Assembly: GCA_038231435.1 (NCBI GenBank)
Contig: JBBRLJ010000022.1
Location: 30,575 to 94,574 of the forward strand
DNA from: Planctomycetota bacterium
Lineage (GTDB): Bacteria > Planctomycetota > UBA11346
Length of the DNA stretch: 64,000 bases
Reading direction: 5' to 3'
Shown here: piece after piece, positions 1 through 9,268 of the stretch
Numbering within the stretch: the first letter of the stretch is position 1
Layout: every line of letters starts with the position of its first letter
Notes under the pieces: generated by a model
The model's database searches: none
Told to the model about the DNA's origin: nothing
Seen by the model: only the letters and a program-made list of their open reading frames with translations
Position numbers and translations under genes: made by a program

Positions 1-28
1 TCCGATGCCTCGACCCGCCCGCGCCCGC

Positions 29-1651
29 TCAGCCGGAGGGTGGTGGTTCCGTCGGGGCTGGGGGCGATGGCGAGATAGAGGGGGTCTCGGCGATGGGGGA
101 CGGAATCGGCTGCTTCGCAGACTTCTCGACCAGCACGTTGCGCGTCCGGCGCAGCTTCTTGATCTGCACCTGGACGTTCTCGGCGGCGACCTTCTCGCGC
201 CGCGACAGGCGCCAGAACATCACCACCATCACGATGATGATCGCGACGGCGGTCTTCTCGACGAGGGAGAAATCGTACATCTTGGGAGGCGGCAGCAGCT
301 GGTAGGCGTTTCCGACCAGGAAGTAGGTGTACACCTTGTCGCTCTGGCGCTGCAGGCTGTGGGCGCGATCACGGGCGTCGTTGCTCTTCACCGGGATGGC
401 GTGGAACTTGAGGAAACGCCCGGTCACCTGGATCGCCTCGCCCTGCTCCGGCAGCGGCTGATCGCCGCTGATCGAGGCCTCGAACAGACGCTGGACGAAC
501 TTGTTGCGCTTCTGCTCGACGCCATCGATGGTCTCGGTGATCGGACCGTAGTCGCGCTTGTAGAAGAGCACGCGGATGGCGCGCGATACCGCAAACGGCT
601 TGTCCTGCGCCACCTCGGCGTCCTCCCAGGCGCGGTAGACCACGCCGCGCACGGTCATGGGTTTGTCGCGGAACGAGTCCGGATCCTGGTGCACGTCGTC
701 GGCGATGGTGTTGAGATCGAGGGCCTTGTCGTAGACGCCGCCGGTGCTCAGGTCGAGCTTCACCTGCCCGAGCAGATAATAGTACGGCCTGGTCTCGACC
801 ATGGTGCGCTCGTCGCTCACCTCGTCGAAGAGATGTTCGGGTAGCGCGGCGGGGCCGCCGTGACTCCACTCGGCGCCGGTGTCGGGCGCCTCGGCCGCTT
901 CCACCGGGCGCACCACGCGGGCCATCAGCAGCGGCACCGTGGACTTGGTGCCATCGACGGCGGGAAGATGGTCGTAGCCGAGGAAGCGCCCGACCAGCTG
1001 CACGTCGTGGCCCACCACCAGCTGCGCGGAGTCGGCCGGAGCCAGTACCTCGGCGAACTGATGTTCATCCAATGCCAGGAGCAGCCGCCGATAGCGCTCG
1101 TCCGAACCGTCGATGGGCGCTTCGATGCTGTCCTCGAGACGCCCCGAAACCAGCGCGGGTACCCCGGCGTGCACGTCGTTGAGCACCATGTCGCGCGCGA
1201 TCAGCCGCTGCGGTACGGGTGGATTCTGCGCATCGAGCTCGAGTTGGGCCCGCGCCCATGCCAAGGTCAATGCATCGAGTTCGCCGATGTGCAGGTAGAC
1301 TCCGCGCGGATTCGCCAGCAATTGGTCGGCGCCTTCCTTCTGCGCTTCGAGTGCGCTCGAGCTGGGCAGCGCCTGCGCGTCGGCGAGCACCGGCTGAGCC
1401 ATCGGCGCGAGTCGTAGGTCGGTTTCGATCATCGCCGAATTCTTGATCGCGCTCAGGTCGTCGCGCATCTTCATCAGGAAATGGATGAACAGCCCGACCG
1501 CCACGATCGCGACCGGCAGCATGATCGCCGCGCGCCACTCGCGCTTGCGCATGTGCGTACGCCGTACCTGGTCGCGCTTGTCCAGGCTGAACGGCGGAGG
1601 GGGACCCTTCGGTTTTGCGCCGAAATCGAGCATCGTGTGTCCAAAGTACAT
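29..1651 (-). CDS. Hypothetical membrane protein with N- and C-terminal TM anchors and a large extracytoplasmic region
   Basis: 540-aa ORF; hydrophobic segments AAIMLPVAIVAVGLFIHFL and TAVAIIIVMVVMFW; Pro-rich tail; alternative ATG at 1633. Confidence 0.75.
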   Translation of the reverse strand: MYFGHTMLDFGAKPKGPPPPFSLDKRDQVRRTHMRKREWRAAIMLPVAIVAVGLFIHFLMKMRDDLSAIKNSAMIETDLRLAPMAQPVLADAQALPSSSALEAQKEGADQLLANPRGVYLHIGELDALTLAWARAQLELDAQNPPVPQRLIARDMVLNDVHAGVPALVSGRLEDSIEAPIDGSDERYRRLLLALDEHQFAEVLAPADSAQLVVGHDVQLVGRFLGYDHLPAVDGTKSTVPLLMARVVRPVEAAEAPDTGAEWSHGGPAALPEHLFDEVSDERTMVETRPYYYLLGQVKLDLSTGGVYDKALDLNTIADDVHQDPDSFRDKPMTVRGVVYRAWEDAEVAQDKPFAVSRAIRVLFYKRDYGPITETIDGVEQKRNKFVQRLFEASISGDQPLPEQGEAIQVTGRFLKFHAIPVKSNDARDRAHSLQRQSDKVYTYFLVGNAYQLLPPPKMYDFSLVEKTAVAIIIVMVVMFWRLSRREKVAAENVQVQIKKLRRTRNVLVEKSAKQPIPSPIAETPSISPSPPAPTEPPPSG

Positions 1652-1785
1652 GGTGCCGCCTCCGATCCCACAGGCCAGTCCCGCCTCCCGATGACTACGA
1701 AGGGATAAACTCCCGTCCCAGCCCAGGGTTCAGCGGCGTCACGACGGACCAGGGACCTTGGCGCCGCTCCCGCGGCGTATGAGGC

Positions 1786-4173
1786 CTATTTCCAACGGAC
1801 TCCGGCGATGGCGGACGGTCCGATCAGCCACGGCTGTCCGTCTGGCGCGACCGCCATGCCGGTGACCTTGCGCATGCCGAAGTCGGCGAATTTGTGCGCG
1901 CTGATCGCCACCGCGCTGTTGCCGCGGAAATCGACCGACTGGAGATCGCCGCGCGAGCTGTCGGCAAGATAGAGTAGGCCCAAGCGATCGCAGCCGAGGC
2001 CAACGAGCTCGCGGATCTGACCCGCGCCATCGCCCTTGCCGCCGGTATTGGTGACGTGGGTCGCGGTGTTCAGCTTGAAGTCGGTGGCGAATTTCTTGAT
2101 CTCGTAGCGGTACGCGTCGTATACGAACACCGCATCGCCCGCGGGGCTGGCGGCGATGAGCTTGGGCTCCTTCAGGTCGGCGGCGTTCTTGCCGTTGGTG
2201 CCGAATGCGAACAGGAACGAGCCCTTGTCGTCGAACACCGAGACCCGGTACAGGCCTTGGTCGAGCACGTATGTCCGTCCGGCTTCATCGACTGACAGCG
2301 CGATCGGGTCGTCGAACTGGCCGTTGTTCTTTCCGGGCTGGCCGAACACCAGAGGCGCTTCCTTGGGATTGCCTGGGCGCAGGCGCACCACCGCCATCTT
2401 CTTGGCATCGAGCACGGCCACCGTCTGGCCATCGGGGCTGGCACAGAGTGCGATCGGATTGGCGAACGGCCCGCCCTTCTTCACCAGGCCGCCGAGCCGC
2501 GCGGTGCGCCAGCCCTCTGCATCGTGGACATAGAGGCTGCCGTCGTCCGCGTCGAGCGCGTAGACGCGCCCGTTGCCGTCGCAACTCCATAACGCCGGTT
2601 CGCGTAGGCTCGCACCGCGCACGCCGGTGACCGCTCCCTGCGCCGAATACCGTGCCACTAATCCGCTGTCCGGATACGTGACGAAGATCTCGCCGCTGGC
2701 ATCGACGGTCAGGGCGGCCGCCTTGCCCGGATCCCCGCACAGGCGGGCCTCGGTGAGCGGATTCATCGCCTCGCGCGCGAGGCCCTTCGCGTCGTAGATC
2801 TGGATCTGACCATTAGTCAGCAGCAGCAGGACACCGCGTGGGTGGACGGCGATGTCGACCGGTTGGAGGTTCGGATCGCCCGTGACCGGCCAGCTCGCGA
2901 GGCGGCGCTGGAAGCGGTCGAAGCGCTGGATGCGGCGCTTCGCCGAATCCAGCGCGAACAGCTCGCCACCGGGCCCGAGGGCGATGCGCGACAGCTCCTT
3001 GAAATCCTCGTCGCCATCGCCCGCGCGGCCGATGCGGCCGCGGAAGCGGCCGTCGGCCTCGTACACCTGCACGCCGCCGGCGCCCTGATCCGCGATGAAC
3101 AGCGTTCCATCTCCAGCGATAACCAGATCGCTGGGCTTGTCGCAGCGTCCGATGGCCCGCTTCTGTCCGCCATCGGCGCCGAACACCAGCACCGAGCTGG
3201 TCTTGGAGTCGAGGATGAAGAGCTCCTTGCGCCAAGCTGCCACCGCGACTGCGCCGCGCGGTTCGGCGCTGGCGGCGAACGAGAAGCTCGCCCACGCCGT
3301 CCAGCCCGAGGAGATGCGCGTCAGCTTGGCGTCGCTCTCGGTCAGGCCCCACCAGGTGCCATCGGCGTCGCGCTCGACGCGCGCGAGCGGGCGCTCGGCA
3401 TCCTCGCCCCAGTGCGCGAACCACGCGAGATCGCGCTTGCGCACGTCCTCGAGGGCGACGGACTCGAGCGGAGCCTGGAAGGTGGTCTCGTGGCCGCCCG
3501 CATCGCGTGCGATGGCGGAGATGGTCGCGGAGCCGACGGTTCCAGGAGCCGTCCAGAGGATCTCGGGAGCGGTGGTGGTGCGCGCGTCCAGTCGCCCGGC
3601 GGCACCGTCGCTTCCGGAGAGCGACCATTGGTACGACACCGCGTCGCCGTCGGGATCGGCGATTGGCAGTTTCACCAGCACGGTCGAGCCGGTCGCCGCC
3701 GAGGTCTTGGGCGCGGCGCCAGCCATCGCGGGCGCCGCGTTGGGCGCGGCTTCCTCGGACATCGGCACGGCGTCGAGTCCGGCTACGATGCCTTCAGGCG
3801 CGGCGGGCCAGAGGATGCGCGCCTGCGGGCGCAGGTCGTCGCCGCCGGTCAGCTGCGCCTTGGCCAGCAGCTTGCGGTTCTCGATGATCACTTCCTTGGT
3901 GAGCGGATGCTTCTCGACGCTGCCCGGCCCATAGATGGCCACCATCGAACCGGGAAGCAGGTGAGCCGAGGCATCGAAGCGCAGCACCAGCTGCTGGCCG
4001 TCGACGCTCTCGACCATTCCGAGCGGCCGTTCAGCCGCCGCGCAGTCGACCCCGTCCGTCCCGACAGTGGCGAGGATGCCGATGCAGGCGGCGAGTCTGA
4101 CGGCGGATGGACGTGGGCGCATGTGCTCTCGGCGGAGGTTGGCAGGTGGCTCGAAGAGACTCGCGGCGTTCAC
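1786..4173 (-). CDS. Exported NHL-repeat (beta-propeller) protein with an Ig-like region
   Basis: Many NHL motifs (e.g. GQFDDPIALSVDEAGRTYVLD, FGTNGK); DPDGDAVSYQW Ig/PKD-like motif; GTG start overlaps the kinase stop (GTGA). Confidence 0.8.
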   Translation of the reverse strand: MNAASLFEPPANLRREHMRPRPSAVRLAACIGILATVGTDGVDCAAAERPLGMVESVDGQQLVLRFDASAHLLPGSMVAIYGPGSVEKHPLTKEVIIENRKLLAKAQLTGGDDLRPQARILWPAAPEGIVAGLDAVPMSEEAAPNAAPAMAGAAPKTSAATGSTVLVKLPIADPDGDAVSYQWSLSGSDGAAGRLDARTTTAPEILWTAPGTVGSATISAIARDAGGHETTFQAPLESVALEDVRKRDLAWFAHWGEDAERPLARVERDADGTWWGLTESDAKLTRISSGWTAWASFSFAASAEPRGAVAVAAWRKELFILDSKTSSVLVFGADGGQKRAIGRCDKPSDLVIAGDGTLFIADQGAGGVQVYEADGRFRGRIGRAGDGDEDFKELSRIALGPGGELFALDSAKRRIQRFDRFQRRLASWPVTGDPNLQPVDIAVHPRGVLLLLTNGQIQIYDAKGLAREAMNPLTEARLCGDPGKAAALTVDASGEIFVTYPDSGLVARYSAQGAVTGVRGASLREPALWSCDGNGRVYALDADDGSLYVHDAEGWRTARLGGLVKKGGPFANPIALCASPDGQTVAVLDAKKMAVVRLRPGNPKEAPLVFGQPGKNNGQFDDPIALSVDEAGRTYVLDQGLYRVSVFDDKGSFLFAFGTNGKNAADLKEPKLIAASPAGDAVFVYDAYRYEIKKFATDFKLNTATHVTNTGGKGDGAGQIRELVGLGCDRLGLLYLADSSRGDLQSVDFRGNSAVAISAHKFADFGMRKVTGMAVAPDGQPWLIGPSAIAGVRWK

Positions 4174-6845
4174 GGCGATTGGAGATGCGCCGCGACGATG
4201 CGCCAGCCCGTGTCGTCACGGTGCAGGTCGTAGAGATAGACCAGATCGCGGGCGGGAAAGACGGCGAGCGCATGATGGATGCGCACCTTCGCCGTCGCCT
4301 TGTCCTCTTGGCGGATGAAGTCGATCAGCGTGCTGGCGAACTCGAGCCCCTTGTAGGTTCCGAGCTTCACCAGGGCCTGGGCGAAATCCGCATCCGCTAC
4401 CGACTTGGCGATTGCGCCAGCGTCCTTCGCTACCACCGAGGCGTCGAGCGCCGAAAGGTCCTTCGCTACCTGCGCGCGCTGGTGGCGATCCTCGAGCCGG
4501 CGATCGAGCAGCGCGCGCTCAGGGCGTTCACCGCCCGCCTTGGCGATGAACGCGGCTACGTCGCGCTCAAGGGTCGACAGATCCTGGCCCTGGTCATCGA
4601 TGCGGTCGAGCAGGCGCTTGGCCTCGCCCGAAACCTTTGCCTCGTGCTCTTCGTCCTGACGGCGCTTCTGGTCCTCGGCGAGCCTGGAGGCGACCAGCTG
4701 GTTCTCGGCGACCACCAGCGTCGCGCTGCCGGGCGCGATCGCCCGCAGCTCGGCGAGGCGGGCGTTGGCGGCGTCGAGATCCTTGGCGGTGAGGGCCTGG
4801 TCGAAGGCGTTGCGCATCTCCGAGATCTTCTGCTTGATCGCATTGACGCGGTTGAGGCCGTCGCTGGCGGGGGCGTTCTTGTGATCGAAGGACTTGGCCG
4901 CGGTGAAGGCCAGCAGCGCGCCGTCGTAATCCTTGCGCTCGAGCGCGTCGTTGGCGTTGGTCAGCTGCTCGCGCACCGCCTTCTCGATGGTCTCGGCGTT
5001 CTCGCGCATGGCGCGGGCGCGGCCGAGCGCGCCGTCGATCCCCTGGTCACCCGGCGTCTGCGCGGCGAGGGGGGTCAGCATGTCCTCGGCCTTGGCGAAC
5101 TCGCCCGCGGCGAGCAGGTTCTCGGCTTCCTTCACGGCGCGATCGCGCTGCACGCGCGCGCCTTCGCGTTCCTTGAGCTGCGCCAGGAGCTTGGTCAGTT
5201 CTGGCGAGTCGTGCAGCAGCGCCGATGCCGCCGCAGCGGAGCCTCCGGCGGTCTCGATGTCCCCGCTCGCGAACGCGTCCTGCGCGGTCTTGAGCAGGAT
5301 CGCGCCACGGTCAGCATCGATCTCGGCCGACAGCTTCGTCCAGTCGGCGTCACCGGGATCGGCGCTCAACGCCGCATCGGTGGAGCGCTTCGCCTCGTCG
5401 AGCCTGCCGGCCTTCACCAGGGCGCGCACGTCGTCGATCTTCACCCGGCTGGTGGGCCGGATCACCAGCGGGATGGACGGCGCGGTCGAGGTGACCACCG
5501 TCGGGATTCCGGTCGGGGTCACGGCGGGAGGACTCGCCATCGGCGGCTTTGTCCGGTTCGCGAGGAAGATGGTCGCGACCACCGCGACCGCGAACGCGGC
5601 GAGCACGATCCAGGTGCGGCGCAGGCGGTTCTCTTGCGAGAACGGCGGGCTGCGCATCACCGTGGCGCCCTGGCGCAGGGCCTGGGGATCCTGCAGGGCG
5701 ATCGCCGGCTGCAGACCCTTTTCGAGCCGGGCGAGATCGCTCAGCAGCTCGGCGGCGGTCTGGTAGCGATCCTCGACCCGCTTCTGCATGCATTTCAGCA
5801 CCACCGCCTGGAAATCGTCCGGGATGGTGGCGTCGATCTCCTTGGGCGGTTTCGGCGAGGCGTGGATGTGCTGGTAGATGATCGAGGTCGCGTCGCCGCC
5901 GCTGAACGGCAGCTTGCCGGTCAGCAGTTCGTAGAAGACCACGCCGAGCGCGTAGATGTCGGTGCGCTGGTCGCAGCGGTCGCCACGTCCCTGCTCGGGG
6001 GAGAAGTACGTGACCGTGCCCATGATGGTGCCGGACATGGTCAGGCTGTGGTCCTCGCTCGCGAGCTTGACCAGGCCGAAGTCCATCAGCTTCAGCACGC
6101 CCTTGCCGGTGATCATCATGTTCGCGGGCTTGATGTCGCGGTGGACGATGCCGAGCTCGCCAGCGGCGGCGAGGCCGCGCGCGGCCTGGGTGACGAAATT
6201 CAGCGTGTCTGCGAAGGTGGGTTTCAGGCCCGAGCGCAGCCTTCGCGAGAGGTCCTCGCCCTCGACGTACTCCATCGCGAAATAGTGATGGCCTTCGTGC
6301 ACGCCGGCGCCGTAGACCTGGATGACATTGGGCGAGCTGAGCTTCGCCACCGCCTTGGCCTCGAGCTGGAAGCGGCTGCGGAAGTTCTCGTTGGCGCTCA
6401 GGTTCTCGGGCAACACCTTCACCGCGACCGGCCGATCGAGGCTGACCTGCAGACCCTTGTACACCGCGCCCATGCCGCCACGGCCGAGCAGCTCGCCGAG
6501 CTTGAAATCTCCCCACACCTGGCCGCGATGGGTGCCATCGGCGGAACCGCCGGGGCCGTCGCCATCGACGTGCAGATGGGTGACGATGGTCTTGCCGGTC
6601 TTGGGCGGCCCGGACGCCCCTTGGACGAGCGTGGCCTGGGTATCCAGCAGGCCACTCGGAGTCCTGGCTCCTGCCATGGGTTGGGTCGCCCGGGTCGCAT
6701 CCTGCGCCGACTCGGCGGCCTGCTTGCCCAGATCGCTCACGATCGTTGGCTGATCGGCGCGGGCCTTGCCATCTTGCGGCTGCTCTGGATCGGTCATCGA
6801 TGGCGTGCCTGGCGGCTCCGGACGGGGTAGATCGATCTTGGCCAA
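4170..6845 (-). CDS. Hanks-type Ser/Thr protein kinase with TM segment and extracytoplasmic TPR-like helices
   Basis: LGRGGMGAVY, VAVK, HRDIKPAN, DFG, YFSPEQ; TM WIVLAAFAVAVVATIFL; start may be ATG 6797. Confidence 0.9.
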   Translation of the reverse strand: MAKIDLPRPEPPGTPSMTDPEQPQDGKARADQPTIVSDLGKQAAESAQDATRATQPMAGARTPSGLLDTQATLVQGASGPPKTGKTIVTHLHVDGDGPGGSADGTHRGQVWGDFKLGELLGRGGMGAVYKGLQVSLDRPVAVKVLPENLSANENFRSRFQLEAKAVAKLSSPNVIQVYGAGVHEGHHYFAMEYVEGEDLSRRLRSGLKPTFADTLNFVTQAARGLAAAGELGIVHRDIKPANMMITGKGVLKLMDFGLVKLASEDHSLTMSGTIMGTVTYFSPEQGRGDRCDQRTDIYALGVVFYELLTGKLPFSGGDATSIIYQHIHASPKPPKEIDATIPDDFQAVVLKCMQKRVEDRYQTAAELLSDLARLEKGLQPAIALQDPQALRQGATVMRSPPFSQENRLRRTWIVLAAFAVAVVATIFLANRTKPPMASPPAVTPTGIPTVVTSTAPSIPLVIRPTSRVKIDDVRALVKAGRLDEAKRSTDAALSADPGDADWTKLSAEIDADRGAILLKTAQDAFASGDIETAGGSAAAASALLHDSPELTKLLAQLKEREGARVQRDRAVKEAENLLAAGEFAKAEDMLTPLAAQTPGDQGIDGALGRARAMRENAETIEKAVREQLTNANDALERKDYDGALLAFTAAKSFDHKNAPASDGLNRVNAIKQKISEMRNAFDQALTAKDLDAANARLAELRAIAPGSATLVVAENQLVASRLAEDQKRRQDEEHEAKVSGEAKRLLDRIDDQGQDLSTLERDVAAFIAKAGGERPERALLDRRLEDRHQRAQVAKDLSALDASVVAKDAGAIAKSVADADFAQALVKLGTYKGLEFASTLIDFIRQEDKATAKVRIHHALAVFPARDLVYLYDLHRDDTGWRIVAAHLQSP

Positions 6846-6946
6846 GGCGGCACGGGGTCAACCGGGGACGGGCCTGGTAGCGCCGCCGCCCTGCCCAGGG
6901 GCCGCCCTGGAATCCGCTGCGCCGGAGACGTTTAGAGAGAGGAGAA

Positions 6947-6974
6947 TTGACCCGCTGGGTCGCGAGGGTACGGT
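6947..6974 (+). promoter_or_regulatory. Putative sigma70-type promoter TTGACC-N16-TACGGT
   Basis: Hexamer match upstream of the 7057 gene. Confidence 0.4.
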
Positions 6975-7056
6975 CCCCGGCCCTCAAAGCGCGCGGTTCG
7001 GCCGCAGTCGTCCGTCAATAGTACTGAATCAGTACGCATCGCATCTGGAGACAGCC

Positions 7057-7809
7057 ATGGCCAAGCCCGCCGGTGGAAATCCCTCGCACGCCCCCGACTT
7101 GATGAAGGTCTGTGATGCCCTCGAGGAGCGCTACGGCCGTCGCAAGACGCAGAAGTTCACCGACTTCATCGAGGCGCTGGTGTTCCAGATCCTCGAGTTG
7201 GGCGTCCAGGAGGCCGCCGCGAAGGGCGCCCTCAAGCGCCTGCACGACGAGTACACCGACTGGAATGACATGCGGGTCGCTTCCGTGCGCGAGATCGAGG
7301 ACGTGCTTGGGCCGAAGTATTATCGCGTGCGCGAAAAGGCCGAAGACATCAAGCATCTGCTCGCCGATCTCTACACCGCCTTCCGCCGCATGGACATCCA
7401 CGACCTGCTCAATGCCGATGGCATCGAGACCCTGCGCGCCCTGCCCGAGACCACCAACATCCGCAAGGACATGGTCGAGCGCTCGCTGCTGCTCGCGCTC
7501 GAGGTCAAGGTCTTCCCATGCGACGACGACCAGTTCCGCCTGCTCAAATTCCTCGGCGGACTGCCTAAGCAGCTCAATCTGCAGCAGGGCGTGAAGAAGG
7601 TCGAGGAATCCCTCGACCAGGAGCAGATCCTGCGCCTGTCGCGCGTGCTGCGCGAGCACGTCCACGTCTATCACACCGCCGGCGAGGACGAGCCTCAGCC
7701 GATCAATTTCGGCACCAAGCCCGAGCCCAAGACCAAGCCCGGCACCTCGTCGACGTCCAAGTCGGGCACCTCGTCGACCTCGAAATCTGCCAAGCTCAAG
7801 AAGAAATGA
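7057..7809 (+). CDS. Endonuclease III (HhH-GPD)-like protein, no Fe-S cysteine motif
   Basis: ALVFQIL...ALKRLHDEYTDWNDMRVASVREIEDVL resembles the EndoIII N-terminal helical domain; GGAG RBS before ATG; basic repetitive tail. Confidence 0.65.
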   Translation: MAKPAGGNPSHAPDLMKVCDALEERYGRRKTQKFTDFIEALVFQILELGVQEAAAKGALKRLHDEYTDWNDMRVASVREIEDVLGPKYYRVREKAEDIKHLLADLYTAFRRMDIHDLLNADGIETLRALPETTNIRKDMVERSLLLALEVKVFPCDDDQFRLLKFLGGLPKQLNLQQGVKKVEESLDQEQILRLSRVLREHVHVYHTAGEDEPQPINFGTKPEPKTKPGTSSTSKSGTSSTSKSAKLKKK

Positions 7810-7931
7810 CGGAGTCGGCCGAGGATCGGCTGGCCCCGGCAGTGCCTTGGCGACAGGCTCTCCCTGGTACGGCGTCTCCCGGCATCGCTTCTTCCTGCAT
7901 CGCCTCTTCCTGCATCGCATAGCAGAGCGCC

Positions 7932-8663
7932 ATGGCCAAGCATTCCCACTGGGACAACATCAAGCACAAGAAGTCCGCGAACGACGCCAAGAAGGCGAGC
8001 GTCATCGCGCGCATGGGCAAGCTCATCACCGTGGCGGTGCAGCTCGGCGGACCGAACCTCGACGACAATCCGCGATTGCGCCTGGCGGTGGCCAAGGCCC
8101 GTTCAGCGCACATGAACATGGAGGCGATCGAGCGCGCCATCAAGAAAGCCGCGGGCGAGGGTGCCGCCGGCAAGCTGATGGTCGAGCTGAACTATGAAGG
8201 CTACGCTCCGGGCGGCGTCGCGGTGGTGGTTTCGGCGCTCACCGACAACCGCAACCGCACCGCGCCCGAGATCAAGAAGCTGTTCGAGCGCGCCGGCGGC
8301 GCCATCGGCGCGCCCGGCTGCGTGTCGTGGCAGTTCAAGGACCGCGCTCTGTTCCTGGTCGACTCGCCATCCGAGGACGCGGTGATCGAGGCCCTGCTTG
8401 CGGCCAACGCAGACGCCGAGGAGATCGTCGCCGACGAGGGCCAGGTCTCGATCGCCGCGGCGCCCAGCCAGTTCGACGCGGTGTCCAAGGCGCTCGCCGC
8501 TGCCAAGCTGTCGGTGGTCAGTGCCGACTTCGGCAAGATCCCGGACAACATGGTCGCAGTGACCAAGGCGGATGTGGCCGCCAACGTGCGCATGCTCGTC
8601 GACTCCCTCGAGGAGCACGAGGACGTGCAGGACGTCTACCACAACGCCGAGCTGCCCGACTGA
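7932..8663 (+). CDS. yebC: YebC/PmpR family protein
   Basis: HSHWDNIKHKK, NPRLRLA, YEGYAPGGVA, TDNRNRT, DVQDVYHN. Confidence 0.95.
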   Translation: MAKHSHWDNIKHKKSANDAKKASVIARMGKLITVAVQLGGPNLDDNPRLRLAVAKARSAHMNMEAIERAIKKAAGEGAAGKLMVELNYEGYAPGGVAVVVSALTDNRNRTAPEIKKLFERAGGAIGAPGCVSWQFKDRALFLVDSPSEDAVIEALLAANADAEEIVADEGQVSIAAAPSQFDAVSKALAAAKLSVVSADFGKIPDNMVAVTKADVAANVRMLVDSLEEHEDVQDVYHNAELPD

Positions 8664-8758
8664 CCGTTAATCATGCTCCCGGCCGGTAGGTGCCTCCCCG
8701 GCCTTGCTTTCGGCGTGCCTATCCCCAAGCTTCCGCGCCCCTCTCATTGGAGTCCGTT

Positions 8759-9013
8759 ATGGCCCGTGGCATGCATCGGCACCGCCGAATCCGTCTCGAC
8801 AACCTCGCCGCGACCAAGATCGAGACCCGCCGCGCCGCCGCGCCGGGCAAGGCCAAGGCACGCGTGCGTCGCGACGCCAGGGTCATCGCTAAGATCAAGG
8901 CCACGAAGACCGGCGTCGGCTATGCCGCCGAAGTGCAGAGCTGGCTCTCACGCCGCCTCGACAAGCCCTTCGCGAAGATCACCGCCGCCGAGATCACCGC
9001 AGCCATCGGCTGA
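8759..9013 (+). CDS. Small, very basic hypothetical protein (84 aa)
   Basis: GGAG RBS before ATG; GC3-biased codons; MARGMHRHRRIRLDNL... Confidence 0.7.
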   Translation: MARGMHRHRRIRLDNLAATKIETRRAAAPGKAKARVRRDARVIAKIKATKTGVGYAAEVQSWLSRRLDKPFAKITAAEITAAIG

Positions 9014-9133
9014 GCCGCTATGCAGGTCAGAGAGCAGGCCAGGGCGACCTGGCCTGCAAGTGATTGTAGCCCAACGACTTGGCCGATTGATCGCCCTGTC
9101 TCACCTGCCGCATCAGCACCCTCTGCTTTGCTT

Positions 9134-9161
9134 CTGACACTCTCGCGTCGCGCCGTATAGT
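9134..9161 (+). promoter_or_regulatory. Putative promoter CTGACA-N16-TATAGT
   Basis: Hexamer match upstream of the 9269 gene. Confidence 0.45.
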
Positions 9162-9268
9162 TTGCGCGAACCCCTGCGTGTGAGACGGTTTACGTCGCAT
9201 GTGCCGGACTCGGAATGAACCTGGGTCGTCGACCCGCGTTGATCCGTGAACCTTTCAGGAGCGCCATC

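Noticed and set aside
4107..6830. 907-aa plus-strand ORF and many similar long antisense or alternate-frame ORFs
   Set aside because: Shadow ORFs of real genes, expected in high-GC DNA, with no recognisable motifs.
7882..7918. 15-bp tandem repeat GCATCGC(T/C)TCTTCCT x2.5 before yebC
   Set aside because: Single short local duplication with no evidence of function.
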